Origin: a virus
Lineage: Duplodnaviria > Caudoviricetes
DNA length: 64,000 nt
Virus record (IMG/VR): IMGVR_UViG_3300025961_000012
Location: 1-64,000 of that record
Reading direction: 5' to 3' (one strand)
In this document: positions 19,085 through 28,147 of the stretch, one piece after another
Layout of the letters: every line of letters begins with the position of its first letter
Position numbering within the stretch: position 1 is the first letter of the stretch
Made by a program: the position numbers and the translations under genes
The notes under the pieces: generated by a model
Databases searched by the model: none
What the model was told of the DNA's origin: nothing
The model's input: the letters and a program-made list of their open reading frames with translations, nothing else

Positions 19085-19226
19085 GGCCCGGTGACTTGGC
19101 TGGAAATCCGTTCGTCAGCAAAGCCACAGAAACGTCCGTGGCCGCGTCCGCGTTAAGGATCACGGCGTCCTTGCTAGCAGAACCCCGTCTCGCCGCACGC
19201 GCATCATTCCAGTTGCTCACCGGGCC
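19085..19226. ncRNA. Candidate structured intergenic RNA (multi-stem)
   Basis: Closing stem GGCCCGGTGA/TCACCGGGCC, second stem CTGGAA/TTCCAG and internal hairpins; fills the gene-free gap. Confidence 0.45.
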
Positions 19227-19241
19227 TTTGGTTTTGGGGCA

Positions 19242-19847
19242 TCAGTTCGCCGGGACCATGTCCTTGGCGATATTCGTAAATCGACGACTCGGCTGTTTGG
19301 CCTGCTCCTGTTCCTCGTTCTTAACGCAGAGCCCGGGAAAATAAAATTGCCCGAAGGCGTCAATGATCTGCTTGGCCTGGATGCGCTCGCAACTGTGGAT
19401 GCCGTGACGGGCGGCGACATTGTTGAACCAGCCAAACTCCACGTCATGAATCCTGAGCTTCAATACCGGGCGCCCCAGATCGTCCACCAGATGTCCGCGT
19501 TCATCCTCCTTCACCTCGATGTGTGTCAGCTCATGGTCGAGAATGGCCTTGCGCTCTGCGTCCCCAACCTCTTTCCAATGATCGCCATCGAGAACAATCT
19601 CGGCGTCCCCGCGGCCCACGGACCTGTCCTTGAGCGAAATCTTCTTGCATTGACCCAGCGCGCGGCGCCCGCGGACAGTGATGGCGTTGTTGATCGGCTC
19701 GCCGCTCTTCTCGTCGAGATCCGCATGGGCAAAGATGAAATCGATCTTGACGCCCGCCTTCAGGACCGGCGCGTGATCTTCAAACTCCTCGAGGATGGCA
19801 TTGGCCATGTCTTCGACGTTTTTCGGGGCTCTTTGGTAGGTGGGCAT
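19242..19847 (-). CDS. Phage metallopeptidase (HExxH)
   Basis: AILDHELTHI..HDVE..VAARHG. Confidence 0.8.
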   Translation of the reverse strand: MPTYQRAPKNVEDMANAILEEFEDHAPVLKAGVKIDFIFAHADLDEKSGEPINNAITVRGRRALGQCKKISLKDRSVGRGDAEIVLDGDHWKEVGDAERKAILDHELTHIEVKEDERGHLVDDLGRPVLKLRIHDVEFGWFNNVAARHGIHSCERIQAKQIIDAFGQFYFPGLCVKNEEQEQAKQPSRRFTNIAKDMVPAN

Positions 19848-19894
19848 AGTGGTGTTGAGGTTCGTTACGCATTGCGAGCGTCAGCGTGCCCACA

Positions 19895-20116
19895 CTATTT
19901 GTCAAGCGGTCTTTTGGCTTCGCGGTATGGCTTGAGTGCGTCACGCAATTTATTCAGGCGAGCGCACATCTCCTGGCCGTCTCTTTCGTTGTCAGCACTG
20001 ATGTCCACAGGCCAATCGGCTGTCGTGCCCGAGTTGTCGTGAAGGAATTCTTCAAGCTCGTCGGCAGCGACGACGATCTTGATAAGTTTGGCGAGATCGA
20101 ACGAATCCAGGTTCAT
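19895..20116 (-). CDS. Hypothetical protein
   Basis: Start MNLDSFDL; its 3' end (PLDK) encodes the CCGCTTGACA -35 at 19900-19909. Confidence 0.6.
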   Translation of the reverse strand: MNLDSFDLAKLIKIVVAADELEEFLHDNSGTTADWPVDISADNERDGQEMCARLNKLRDALKPYREAKRPLDK

Positions 20117-20292
20117 GCCGCCCTTCGCCGCGGGTAGCAATGCGTGCAGAGATAGCGGCCGGTGTACCGGCGCCCGCACCGCTGGCATTTGCCCTTGCGC
20201 TTGTTGCGGATTTGAGCAAGGCGTTGGCGCGAGATTTTGATCCTGGGATTGTCAGGATGAGGGTAGAGGTAAACACCGTTGACGTTTGGCAT
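20113..20292 (-). CDS. Small basic zinc-finger protein (59 aa, not in the ORF track)
   Basis: MPNVNG..KCQRCGRRYTGRYLCTHC; ATGA overlap. Confidence 0.6.
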   Translation of the reverse strand: MPNVNGVYLYPHPDNPRIKISRQRLAQIRNKRKGKCQRCGRRYTGRYLCTHCYPRRRAA

Positions 20293-20333
20293 AATGACCG
20301 CCGTCCGTCGTGAAGACCAGCGAAGTTGCCCGA

Positions 20334-20406
20334 CACTACCGATGCCTGTCGCATTTTGTCAAGATGCTGAAACACCGCTTGACATCTTTTCGGAAGGTCC
20401 TATCTT
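20334..20406. promoter_or_regulatory. Divergent sigma70-type promoter pair at the strand switch
   Basis: Minus: TTGACA(20357-62)-N18-TAGTGT. Plus: TTGACA(20379-84)-N16-TATCTT. Confidence 0.6.
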
Positions 20407-20472
20407 GCGCACGTCAATCGTGTACCTATCGTGTAGGGCGCGGGGTTGTCGTGACCTCGCGCCCGTTTTCTT

Positions 20473-21504
20473 ATGCCTGGCCCGGACTGCTACGTCTTCC
20501 ATGGTCCCAACTGGAGCCTTCCAGCGTGGGTGTATCAGGGCGAACTCAGGTCCGTGCGTCCACACCGCTCCCTGACGCGGCTCATGCGGCAGGCCCTGGA
20601 TAAACGCTTGTCGGAACTCGGCACCAGCAACGGCCAGGATTGGTTCATCACCAAGACAGCGCTCAAAGACAACGCAGACAGATTGGAAGAAGGACTCCTT
20701 CCCGAAGACGCGATTTCCTGGGTAAGCAATGTCGGCCGCGTCACGCTGACCGAACAGCCCAGGGACATGGAAGGCTTGTACGAGGAACTGGTCCGGGCAG
20801 GCTTCGCGAAAACAGTCCCCAAGGCGCAACTGCTCTACGGGATACTGTGCCAGCAGTTCCTTCACCGCATCGTCGTCGAGAACAAACCCGTGGATCTCGG
20901 GTTCGCCAAAATTCAGGCCACCCCATTGCGTTCAGATTTCATGAGGCTCTTTTCCGCGCATACAATGCGCCGCATCCTGTACGCATCTTCGAAGGAAAAG
21001 ATCGTACGCCAGGCGCTCCGCGATGGGCGTCTCATGTTCCTTAACAAGACCAGGAAAATCGTTCTCTGGAACATTGCCGTGCGCCACAGTCACGCGTGGT
21101 GGCAGGGCATCCGAAAATCTGAACTGGCCTTGTTGGCCCGACAGGGCAGAGTCCATTACCTGCTCAACGTGAAGGATCGGTTGCGTGCCGCGGAACCCAT
21201 TCTCTATGAGATTTTCACGGATTACATTGCGCAAGCGCATCGGCCGGCTCTTTACATTCCTGCGCGCACTGGCAAACGCGATCACAAGAAACGCTTCGTC
21301 AAACCGTCCCTCAGAGCGGTTAAAAGACTTTTTAGCCTCCGCAAGAAACCTCGCACTGTGGCTGTTCCTGGGGAAACGGGCGCCACGTCACCTGTGGAGC
21401 AGCCGAATGCGATCGTGCATGAGGTGCCAGGTGTACAATCGCCGCTTGCAGACGTGTGGCACTCCGGGGGAGACGTGGACAAACCCGCTGACAAAGAACA
21501 CTGA
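20473..21504 (+). CDS. Hypothetical protein with possible HU/IHF-like central segment
   Basis: LYEELVRAG..LYGILCQQFLHRIVVENKPVDLGFAKI resembles the HU fold; weak. Confidence 0.55.
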   Translation: MPGPDCYVFHGPNWSLPAWVYQGELRSVRPHRSLTRLMRQALDKRLSELGTSNGQDWFITKTALKDNADRLEEGLLPEDAISWVSNVGRVTLTEQPRDMEGLYEELVRAGFAKTVPKAQLLYGILCQQFLHRIVVENKPVDLGFAKIQATPLRSDFMRLFSAHTMRRILYASSKEKIVRQALRDGRLMFLNKTRKIVLWNIAVRHSHAWWQGIRKSELALLARQGRVHYLLNVKDRLRAAEPILYEIFTDYIAQAHRPALYIPARTGKRDHKKRFVKPSLRAVKRLFSLRKKPRTVAVPGETGATSPVEQPNAIVHEVPGVQSPLADVWHSGGDVDKPADKEH

Positions 21505-21670
21505 GCAGCTCGGCTGCTTGTGCTGGGCGCCGGCGAAAAGTTCGCTGAAGGATTCTGACTGCTGGCTATTCCAGAAAACGGGCGGTCAGGTGGAAGGGAG
21601 CGGGTGGAAGCCTGGCAAGAACGGTTCAGAGTTTGCGGGCTCCCACTTGGCGCGTAATCGCTTGCCCTGA
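21206..21670 (+). CDS. Cys-rich protein overlapping the 3' end of the previous ORF (DUF6171-like pattern)
   Basis: RMRSCMRC..TCG..GCLC..K..DCW; start uncertain. Confidence 0.5.
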   Translation: MRFSRITLRKRIGRLFTFLRALANAITRNASSNRPSERLKDFLASARNLALWLFLGKRAPRHLWSSRMRSCMRCQVYNRRLQTCGTPGETWTNPLTKNTEQLGCLCWAPAKSSLKDSDCWLFQKTGGQVEGSGWKPGKNGSEFAGSHLARNRLP

Positions 21671-21696
21671 CCGACTTTTTGGCGCATAGAGGCGTC

Positions 21697-22146
21697 GTGT
21701 CCACGGTCAAAGACAAGCCAATCGTTCTAAAGGTCGAGGTGCCTGGCAGCGGGAAGCCACTCAACGGCGCCGAAGGAGACGAGGCCGCCGCAGAACTCGG
21801 GCTGGCCCGCGTTTCAAACAAGCTCGTCAAAACCATGGCCCGGCTGGGCGTTGACATTGAACTGGCCGGCATCGTTCACACCGACCGCGGGTTCGCCTTC
21901 GCCACGAAGGAAGGGCTGTGGGAATGCGCCGATGCGCTCAAAGGGAAAATCAACAAGACCGCCAAGCTGGAGGATCTTTGCGAAATCGCGACGGCCCTCG
22001 GGAAGATCGCCAAAGGGATCTCCGTCCTGTCCGGTAAAAACATCGGCGGCGAGGACGCCCCCAAACCGCCCGACAAACCGCGGCAGTCTTTCGTCCCAGG
22101 CCAGACGGTCGAATTTCATCAACACACCCACCTCCACAAATCATGA
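21697..22146 (+). CDS. Hypothetical protein, terminase small subunit candidate
   Basis: Helical, ~150 aa, ends QHTHLH, close to TerL. Positional inference only. Confidence 0.4.
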   Translation: MSTVKDKPIVLKVEVPGSGKPLNGAEGDEAAAELGLARVSNKLVKTMARLGVDIELAGIVHTDRGFAFATKEGLWECADALKGKINKTAKLEDLCEIATALGKIAKGISVLSGKNIGGEDAPKPPDKPRQSFVPGQTVEFHQHTHLHKS

Positions 22147-22325
22147 AAACCTACGAATTGCGCCGAAACAAGCAACGCAAGTGGTATTACCACGTCAAAC
22201 GCAAAGGCCGCATCCTCTACCACAGCGAAGCCTACAGCTCATTCTCCAAGGCGCACAAATCCGTGATCGCCGACACCAGGGATCGCGCGTACAAGATCGT
22301 GAAAGAGGGCAAAGTGATCGGATGA
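22143..22325 (+). CDS. DUF1508/YegP-like protein
   Basis: YELRRNK..KWYYHVK..GRIL..SEAYSS. Confidence 0.7.
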   Translation: MKTYELRRNKQRKWYYHVKRKGRILYHSEAYSSFSKAHKSVIADTRDRAYKIVKEGKVIG

Positions 22326-22645
22326 GGTTGCTGGAGAAAATCAATCGCTTCCCGCCGCGTATCGTTCGGTTGATCGCCGCCGATCTCACGACGCGCCAGA
22401 TCGCGCTGCGTTCCGGCATCCCGCGTTCGACCGTCCACCAGGTGTTTTTGAAGGATGACTGGAACCAGGTCACGAACGAAGTCACAGACCGGATCACCAT
22501 GGCCTGTGGCGTCAACTTACTCACGCATAAGCGTCACAGGCAGAACCTGAAGAACCGGCTGCGATCGATTGGTAAGCTCGCCAAGAGGATCAAGCCGACC
22601 CAGCGGAAGATGTTGAACCGGTTGATGTCGGTCAAAGCCGCATAG
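22322..22645 (+). CDS. XRE/Cro-type HTH regulator
   Basis: LTTRQIALRSGIPRSTVHQV; ATG at 22322 overlaps the upstream stop. Confidence 0.7.
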   Translation: MRLLEKINRFPPRIVRLIAADLTTRQIALRSGIPRSTVHQVFLKDDWNQVTNEVTDRITMACGVNLLTHKRHRQNLKNRLRSIGKLAKRIKPTQRKMLNRLMSVKAA

Positions 22646-24215
22646 ACACGAGTCTTGGTTTCCCGTCTCCGACCGTTGGCTTGAACGCGGTCTCCGCAAG
22701 TTCCTGGCTGCCCTCCATCAACAGAATGTAGGTCAACGCATCCAGAATGTGCCGATGTGTCCCAGTCACTTCTCCGTCCTTGCCGGTCGCCGCGTTCTCG
22801 ATGGCGGCAATGATACGCGGGCATTGGCTGCTGACGAAAAATCTCTTCTCCTTGATGAGCCGCCGCAAAATGCGCTGGCGCGTGCGCACTGAGCCCTTGG
22901 GCTTATGGACGCCCTGCATACGGATCTTGCCGTTTGTCGCTGCGAGCACCTCGAGGTAGTCGTACCCAAGCCCGGTCGTGCGATAGGTGTTGAGCGCCGT
23001 GTCGTCTGCGTAATGGGTCCAGCCGAACTTGCGTCCATAGACTTTCTGCAAATCGTCTTCCATCAGGCGCAGCATCTCGACGCCGAGGTCGGAAATCTTG
23101 ATCCGCTCGTTGATGGATTCGATCTCCCGAAGGGCCACCCACACAGGCCATTCGATGTCGTCAATGGTCACGAAGCGCTTTTCGACTATGGCAAACCCGT
23201 GGTTCACTGAGCTACCCAGGTCTGAACCTGTGAACAGATCTGTCGTCGTCGGTGACAATTCGATGCTCTCGCCATTTTCCGGGTCCTCCTCGATGACGTG
23301 AATGTCGCGGCTGAACACGTCGGCGAAGATTCGGTTGGCGCCGCCGCTGCCGGCCACCCATTTGCCCTCGACGTCTCGCGCGTACTCGCCCGGGTCGCCT
23401 GAGTGCAGGGCCTTGCGATCCTCGATTTGATCCGTAGTCAGCCCCTCGTTGTCCTCGAGGAAAAATTCCATGAGACGAAGCGATTTCTCGAATTTTTCCC
23501 GGCAACGTTTGATCTCCTCGCCCTGCGCCCTGTTGTTGTCGGCGCCGGTCAGCGTCACGGCGGACCAGTCTCGCTTATACCAGAACTTGTATATCCACGA
23601 TTCCTCGCCTTCGACGGCCGGGTTTGTATCCGCCAGCCACAGATGCTGCCACGGCTTCAGGTGCGGCATACGCAATTGTTCCCAGGAAACGGTGAAGATC
23701 CGCGGGTCCTTAAAGTTGCCCAGCTCGATCAGCCGGATCCCGCTCCAAAATGAATCCTTGAGCTTGGTCTCGATCTCGCAGTCATGTTCAACGGACAGAA
23801 TGCGTATCTCGCTTTCCCCGCCCCACGCGTTGCTAAACCGACAAAACGGCGTGCGCGTCCGACCGTCAGTCTTGAACCCCGGGATCCCGTCGCCGTCGCG
23901 CGTCGTGTATTCGAACCCGATGCCGGCATCGATCCACCGCGGCAGCACGTATTCCGTGAGCCGTTGTTGCGTCCCTGAGTCCGTGGTGTTGCGCAGTGTC
24001 TTGTTGATGATGGCAAACCGGCCATTTGGTGTCTCCCAGAGGTGGCGGATCATCCTGTCGTCGCACCCAAAGCTCTTGGCGCTGTAACGCGGCCCGCTCA
24101 CCAGGACTGCCGTTGGCGAGTTCGGGTGGTTTTTGCCGGCGTCCTGCTCTGTCCCGATGTTGAACAGGATTCGCTGCTTTGTGTAGAGCCAGTCCGGGCT
24201 CCATGGCTGTGACAT
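22632..24215 (-). CDS. terL: Terminase large subunit
   Basis: Walker A VSGPRYSAKS, coupling motif ADTNP, RNase H motifs FTGSDLG and HILDALTY; alternative start 24236. Confidence 0.85.
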   Translation of the reverse strand: MSQPWSPDWLYTKQRILFNIGTEQDAGKNHPNSPTAVLVSGPRYSAKSFGCDDRMIRHLWETPNGRFAIINKTLRNTTDSGTQQRLTEYVLPRWIDAGIGFEYTTRDGDGIPGFKTDGRTRTPFCRFSNAWGGESEIRILSVEHDCEIETKLKDSFWSGIRLIELGNFKDPRIFTVSWEQLRMPHLKPWQHLWLADTNPAVEGEESWIYKFWYKRDWSAVTLTGADNNRAQGEEIKRCREKFEKSLRLMEFFLEDNEGLTTDQIEDRKALHSGDPGEYARDVEGKWVAGSGGANRIFADVFSRDIHVIEEDPENGESIELSPTTTDLFTGSDLGSSVNHGFAIVEKRFVTIDDIEWPVWVALREIESINERIKISDLGVEMLRLMEDDLQKVYGRKFGWTHYADDTALNTYRTTGLGYDYLEVLAATNGKIRMQGVHKPKGSVRTRQRILRRLIKEKRFFVSSQCPRIIAAIENAATGKDGEVTGTHRHILDALTYILLMEGSQELAETAFKPTVGDGKPRLVSMRL

Positions 24216-24266
24216 GCCGGAAATCTGCCTTGCCATCGGTGCCGTGGCGAGCCTACGTTGGCGACC

Positions 24267-24545
24267 ATGAACGCACTCGTGATTTCCCAAGAGACTCTGG
24301 ACGACCAACTGCCCCAATGCAAAGACGGTGAGACGGGCGATTTCACGATAAAAGGCGGCACGCTCACAATGGTCCCGGGCGTCGGCGCCGTCGTGTCTGG
24401 CGATAACATCACCAAATCCGGCTACGAGAACGAGGGCGGCGCCGAGACCGAGGCCGAAGGAGGCATCGAGGAACCCAAGATGTCGCCGGCGGCGATGGCG
24501 GTCGTGGGGCGCAAAGGCGCAGTCGTGGCACGCAGGGGCTACTGA
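24267..24545 (+). CDS. Hypothetical acidic protein, first gene of the virion operon
   Basis: TTGCCA(24230)-N18-TACGTT-N7-ATG. Confidence 0.6.
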   Translation: MNALVISQETLDDQLPQCKDGETGDFTIKGGTLTMVPGVGAVVSGDNITKSGYENEGGAETEAEGGIEEPKMSPAAMAVVGRKGAVVARRGY

Positions 24546-24553
24546 ACGATTCC

Positions 24554-26953
24554 ATGATCGATGTCCGGATCCTAAAGAAACACGGCTGTTCCGCGGAGGC
24601 GTGGAGAAAAATCTTCGAAGGGCGTATTCGCGAGCGCCCGCAGCGAAAGAACGGCATCGTCGAGAAAACTGCCGCGCAAAAGGACAAGATTGACGCCCTG
24701 ATGGAGCGTATCTGGGATCGAATTGTTTGCGGCCGGGACTGGAATTTCGCCAACTTCACCACGATCCACGCGATGGACCTGATCTGGGACGCCCCGTTCC
24801 GGCAGGTGAGTCCGACGCTGATTTCGTCCGTGTGCGCCAAGCACGGGAAGAACACTGAGGAGGTAAAGAGCGCCCTCAAGGGGCTGGGGTTGGATCTTGA
24901 TTCGGTGCTCGTGCCGACAGACAAGCGCGACCCGAAGACGGGCGAATTGATCCAGGCCGTCAACGTCCCGAGCTTCTTTTCCGTCATGGTCCCGCTGGCG
25001 CGCGCCATGGCAACGTCCCGCCGGGCGCGCATGATCAACGATCGGAACCGAGATCCGTTCTTCGAATTCAAGGCGGCCACTCAGAGCAAGCTGAACCGCG
25101 TGCGTTGCGAGGTGCTCACCAGCCGCATCCAGGAGACGTCCAAGGCGTACGACTATCTCGGCATCGTCAACCAGGCCGTGCTCCAGATGTTCCTTTACCC
25201 GACGGGCTGCCTGCTGTTCACGAAGGAGGAATATGATTCCTGCGAGCAAATGCGGCTCGACAAGGACGGCAAGGAGGAGAAATACATCGTCCGCGAGGGC
25301 CTCCGCTACCACACGCCGCACCCGGCCCGGACGTATTGCGACATGGCGCACCCGATGCGCACGTTCAACACGGACACGGGTTGCGAGTTTGCCGGCCACT
25401 GGCAGGTCCTTCGCTATGGCGATATTTACGACAACGACGGGTTTTACAACAAGGACAAGATCAACATCGGCGGGCTGGGCTGGTTCAATTCATTCCCGTC
25501 CTTCTGGCAAACCGTCTACACGGGCTGCGCGCTGAAGATTCCAAGCGTCGATTTCACGGGGAAACCCGAGGATCGCGAGGAGTTCATCTCGAATTCGTTC
25601 TATAGCGGCGACATGCGCGATCATTCCGTGATGCTGTGCGAGCACCGCGAGAAACTGATCCCGAAGGATTGGGGGCTTGGCGATTACCAGTACCCGATCT
25701 GGTGCCGATTCGTCGTGGCCGGCGACGGAACGATCGTTTACGCGGCGCCCATGGGCTACACGCCCGTGTGCGTGTTCAAGGACAACGGCGACGACAAGCG
25801 CGTGGCTGATGCCTCGCTGGTGCTGCAGCTCGCTCCCTATCAGGACCAGCTCTCCAACCTGTTCACCCAGTTCCTGCTGGCTGTGAAACAGAATCTGGCG
25901 AATTTCACGATGGTGGACGGGGCCATCGTCGACGACGCGACGATCAAGAAGCTCACCAACGACGGGGAAACCTATTTCCGCGGGCTGAACATTTTCCGTT
26001 ACGACAGCAAGACCTTGTTCCGATTGCAGACCGACGCGCGGCAGGCCGTGATCTCACATCGTTTCGCGCCGATGGATATAAATGGCATTGTTTTGGCAAT
26101 GAAATTGACCATCGACATGGCCGAGCGCGTGTTGCAGTTCAGCGCCCAGGAAGTCGCCCAGGCGGCGAGCCACGAGCAGACCAAGGCCGAAATCGATCAC
26201 GTTGCCGCCTCGACAACGAACATCGTTGAATACACCGGGATCCCGCTCGACGCCGGCATGAACGCGATGGCGCATCAGAATTACGAGGCGCTGATGAACT
26301 ACGGCCAGGATGAGTTTTACGCGCAGATCCCCAGCGACCACGAACTGACCGAGGAACAGCTCACGGCTCTGGGCATCACCCAGGACGAGGACGACAAGGA
26401 AGAGACGCGCGACAAAAAGGTCCGCGTGAAGATCAAAAAGAAATCGGCGATGCAATTGGACAGCTTCGCCACCGTGCCACCGACCAACAAGCGGCAGACC
26501 AACTGGGAAGCTGCCCAGGCGATTTCGCAGTTCTACGCGACAATCCTCAACAATCCGGTCGTGCAGATGGCGCTCGGCCCGAAGCAAATGGTCGAGATCG
26601 CCAATCAAATTGCCAAACTGGCCGGGTTACACTTGGACGCCGACCTGCGCGATATGACTGCCGAGAACCAGAAGAAACAGGCCAACGACCTGCTCAAGCA
26701 GGCTGTCGATGCCGTTTTGGGCATTGTCCGAACCGAAACCAAGCAGGGTTTGGAGGTGATCATGTCCGAGATAAAAGACGTGACAATGAAGGTCGACGCG
26801 CTTACCAAGGCGTTCGCACAGCATGTTGCTTCAACTTCAAACCCGCTCGCTGGACCCGACGGAGGCGGCATCCCTCCAGTCATGGCTCCAGTCGCCCCAG
26901 TCGCTCCTGTTCCGGCAGTTGCTCCAAACCCAATGCTTGCTGGCGCAGTTTGA
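24554..26953 (+). CDS. Portal protein (P22/podovirus-type)
   Basis: 799 aa, follows TerL, helical core with a Pro/Ala-rich tail. Positional call. Confidence 0.7.
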   Translation: MIDVRILKKHGCSAEAWRKIFEGRIRERPQRKNGIVEKTAAQKDKIDALMERIWDRIVCGRDWNFANFTTIHAMDLIWDAPFRQVSPTLISSVCAKHGKNTEEVKSALKGLGLDLDSVLVPTDKRDPKTGELIQAVNVPSFFSVMVPLARAMATSRRARMINDRNRDPFFEFKAATQSKLNRVRCEVLTSRIQETSKAYDYLGIVNQAVLQMFLYPTGCLLFTKEEYDSCEQMRLDKDGKEEKYIVREGLRYHTPHPARTYCDMAHPMRTFNTDTGCEFAGHWQVLRYGDIYDNDGFYNKDKINIGGLGWFNSFPSFWQTVYTGCALKIPSVDFTGKPEDREEFISNSFYSGDMRDHSVMLCEHREKLIPKDWGLGDYQYPIWCRFVVAGDGTIVYAAPMGYTPVCVFKDNGDDKRVADASLVLQLAPYQDQLSNLFTQFLLAVKQNLANFTMVDGAIVDDATIKKLTNDGETYFRGLNIFRYDSKTLFRLQTDARQAVISHRFAPMDINGIVLAMKLTIDMAERVLQFSAQEVAQAASHEQTKAEIDHVAASTTNIVEYTGIPLDAGMNAMAHQNYEALMNYGQDEFYAQIPSDHELTEEQLTALGITQDEDDKEETRDKKVRVKIKKKSAMQLDSFATVPPTNKRQTNWEAAQAISQFYATILNNPVVQMALGPKQMVEIANQIAKLAGLHLDADLRDMTAENQKKQANDLLKQAVDAVLGIVRTETKQGLEVIMSEIKDVTMKVDALTKAFAQHVASTSNPLAGPDGGGIPPVMAPVAPVAPVPAVAPNPMLAGAV

Positions 26954-27137
26954 GGCAGGCCAGGAGGCCACGAAGTGCGCCAACCTGCCGGCCGAGGTCA
27001 TGGCCGCGGCGCTCAAGGAACACGTCGAGGCGGCGGATCGATTTGAGCGGATGCTCGACTACATGGATTCGCTGAAGTCCGGAAAGGTCGAGCCGAAGCT
27101 TTTGGTCAACGCAACCCCTGAATCCCTACCGACATGA
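26823..27137 (+). CDS. Small head-associated protein overprinting the portal tail
   Basis: LDPTEAASLQSWLQSP..FRQLL; overlaps the portal by 131 nt. Confidence 0.6.
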   Translation: MLLQLQTRSLDPTEAASLQSWLQSPQSLLFRQLLQTQCLLAQFEAGQEATKCANLPAEVMAAALKEHVEAADRFERMLDYMDSLKSGKVEPKLLVNATPESLPT

Positions 27138-27331
27138 AACCGCATCAGGAACGAGTAATCGAAGAAAAGGCACAACTGGACGAAAGACTCGCAAAGCTCA
27201 ACGAGTTTGGGCGCGGGACCATCTTTCCGAATTTACCCGCAGCCGAACAGGAGCGACTTCAGCGCCAGTCCAAAATCATGGACCAGTATTCGGTCGTGCT
27301 CGGTGAGCGCATCGCCGCTTTTACGCCATGA
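27134..27331 (+). CDS. crAss001_48-like protein
   Basis: PHQERVIEEKAQLDERLAKL..EQERLQRQ..MDQYSVVLGERIA. Confidence 0.8.
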   Translation: MKPHQERVIEEKAQLDERLAKLNEFGRGTIFPNLPAAEQERLQRQSKIMDQYSVVLGERIAAFTP

Positions 27332-28144
27332 GCAAAATCACCGTCATCCACCATTCCGCCGATTTTGACGGACTATTCTGCCGCGAGATAGCGCGCAAGT
27401 TTCTGCCGGATGCAGAACTGATTGGTTGGGATTTTAGGGACGAGCCGATCAACCCGTTCAAAATCGGTGAGATTCTTTACGTGATGGATCTCCCGCTGGA
27501 TCGACCGTTCGGATTCAAGTTTGAAGAGCTGATAAAAGATCCAGCAGATTACATCGGCAAAAACAGAATTGGAAACGCAGAGCAGATCATCTGGATCGAT
27601 CATCACAAATCATCCATCGAATCACACCCAGAGGATATCGACGGCATTAGGATTGACGGCGTGGCGGCGTGCCGATTGGCGTGGCAGTGGTTTGCGAACC
27701 CAAACATGAAGTATAGGTTTTTCCCAGAAAAACAAGGCTTCATTGACCGCAAGGTGTCCGAACCGTGGGCCGTACGCCTCGCCGGGGAATATGACATCTG
27801 GGACAAGCGCGACGCGGACGCCGAACTATTCCAGCACGGACTGCGAAGCGAGGAACTTTACCCGGGAATTTGGGAGGCTCTGCTCGATGAACAGAACCGA
27901 TTCGATAATAATGTCGTGCGATTGCTCAATCAAGGTCGCGGCCGGACTGACGCCGGAACACGACGCCTGTTTCGGCTTCAACTGGACCGGCAAGGAATGG
28001 AACGTGAGTCTTTATCATGCGCCCGGGAAGGAACATCACGACCTTTCGCTCATAGCTGTGAAGCATGGGGGCGGCGGCCACCGTGGGGCGTGCGGGTTCA
28101 AAACCAACAAGCTCCCATTCCTTCCACTCAACGCACCCGAATAA
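27328..28144 (+). pseudogene. DHH/DHHA1 phosphoesterase split by a frameshift near 27930
   Basis: Frame 1: HHSADFDG, IDHH, YDIW. Frame 2: SLYH..AVKHGGGGHRGACGF (DHHA1). The linker segment appears to be missing. Confidence 0.75.
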
Positions 28145-28147
28145 TCT

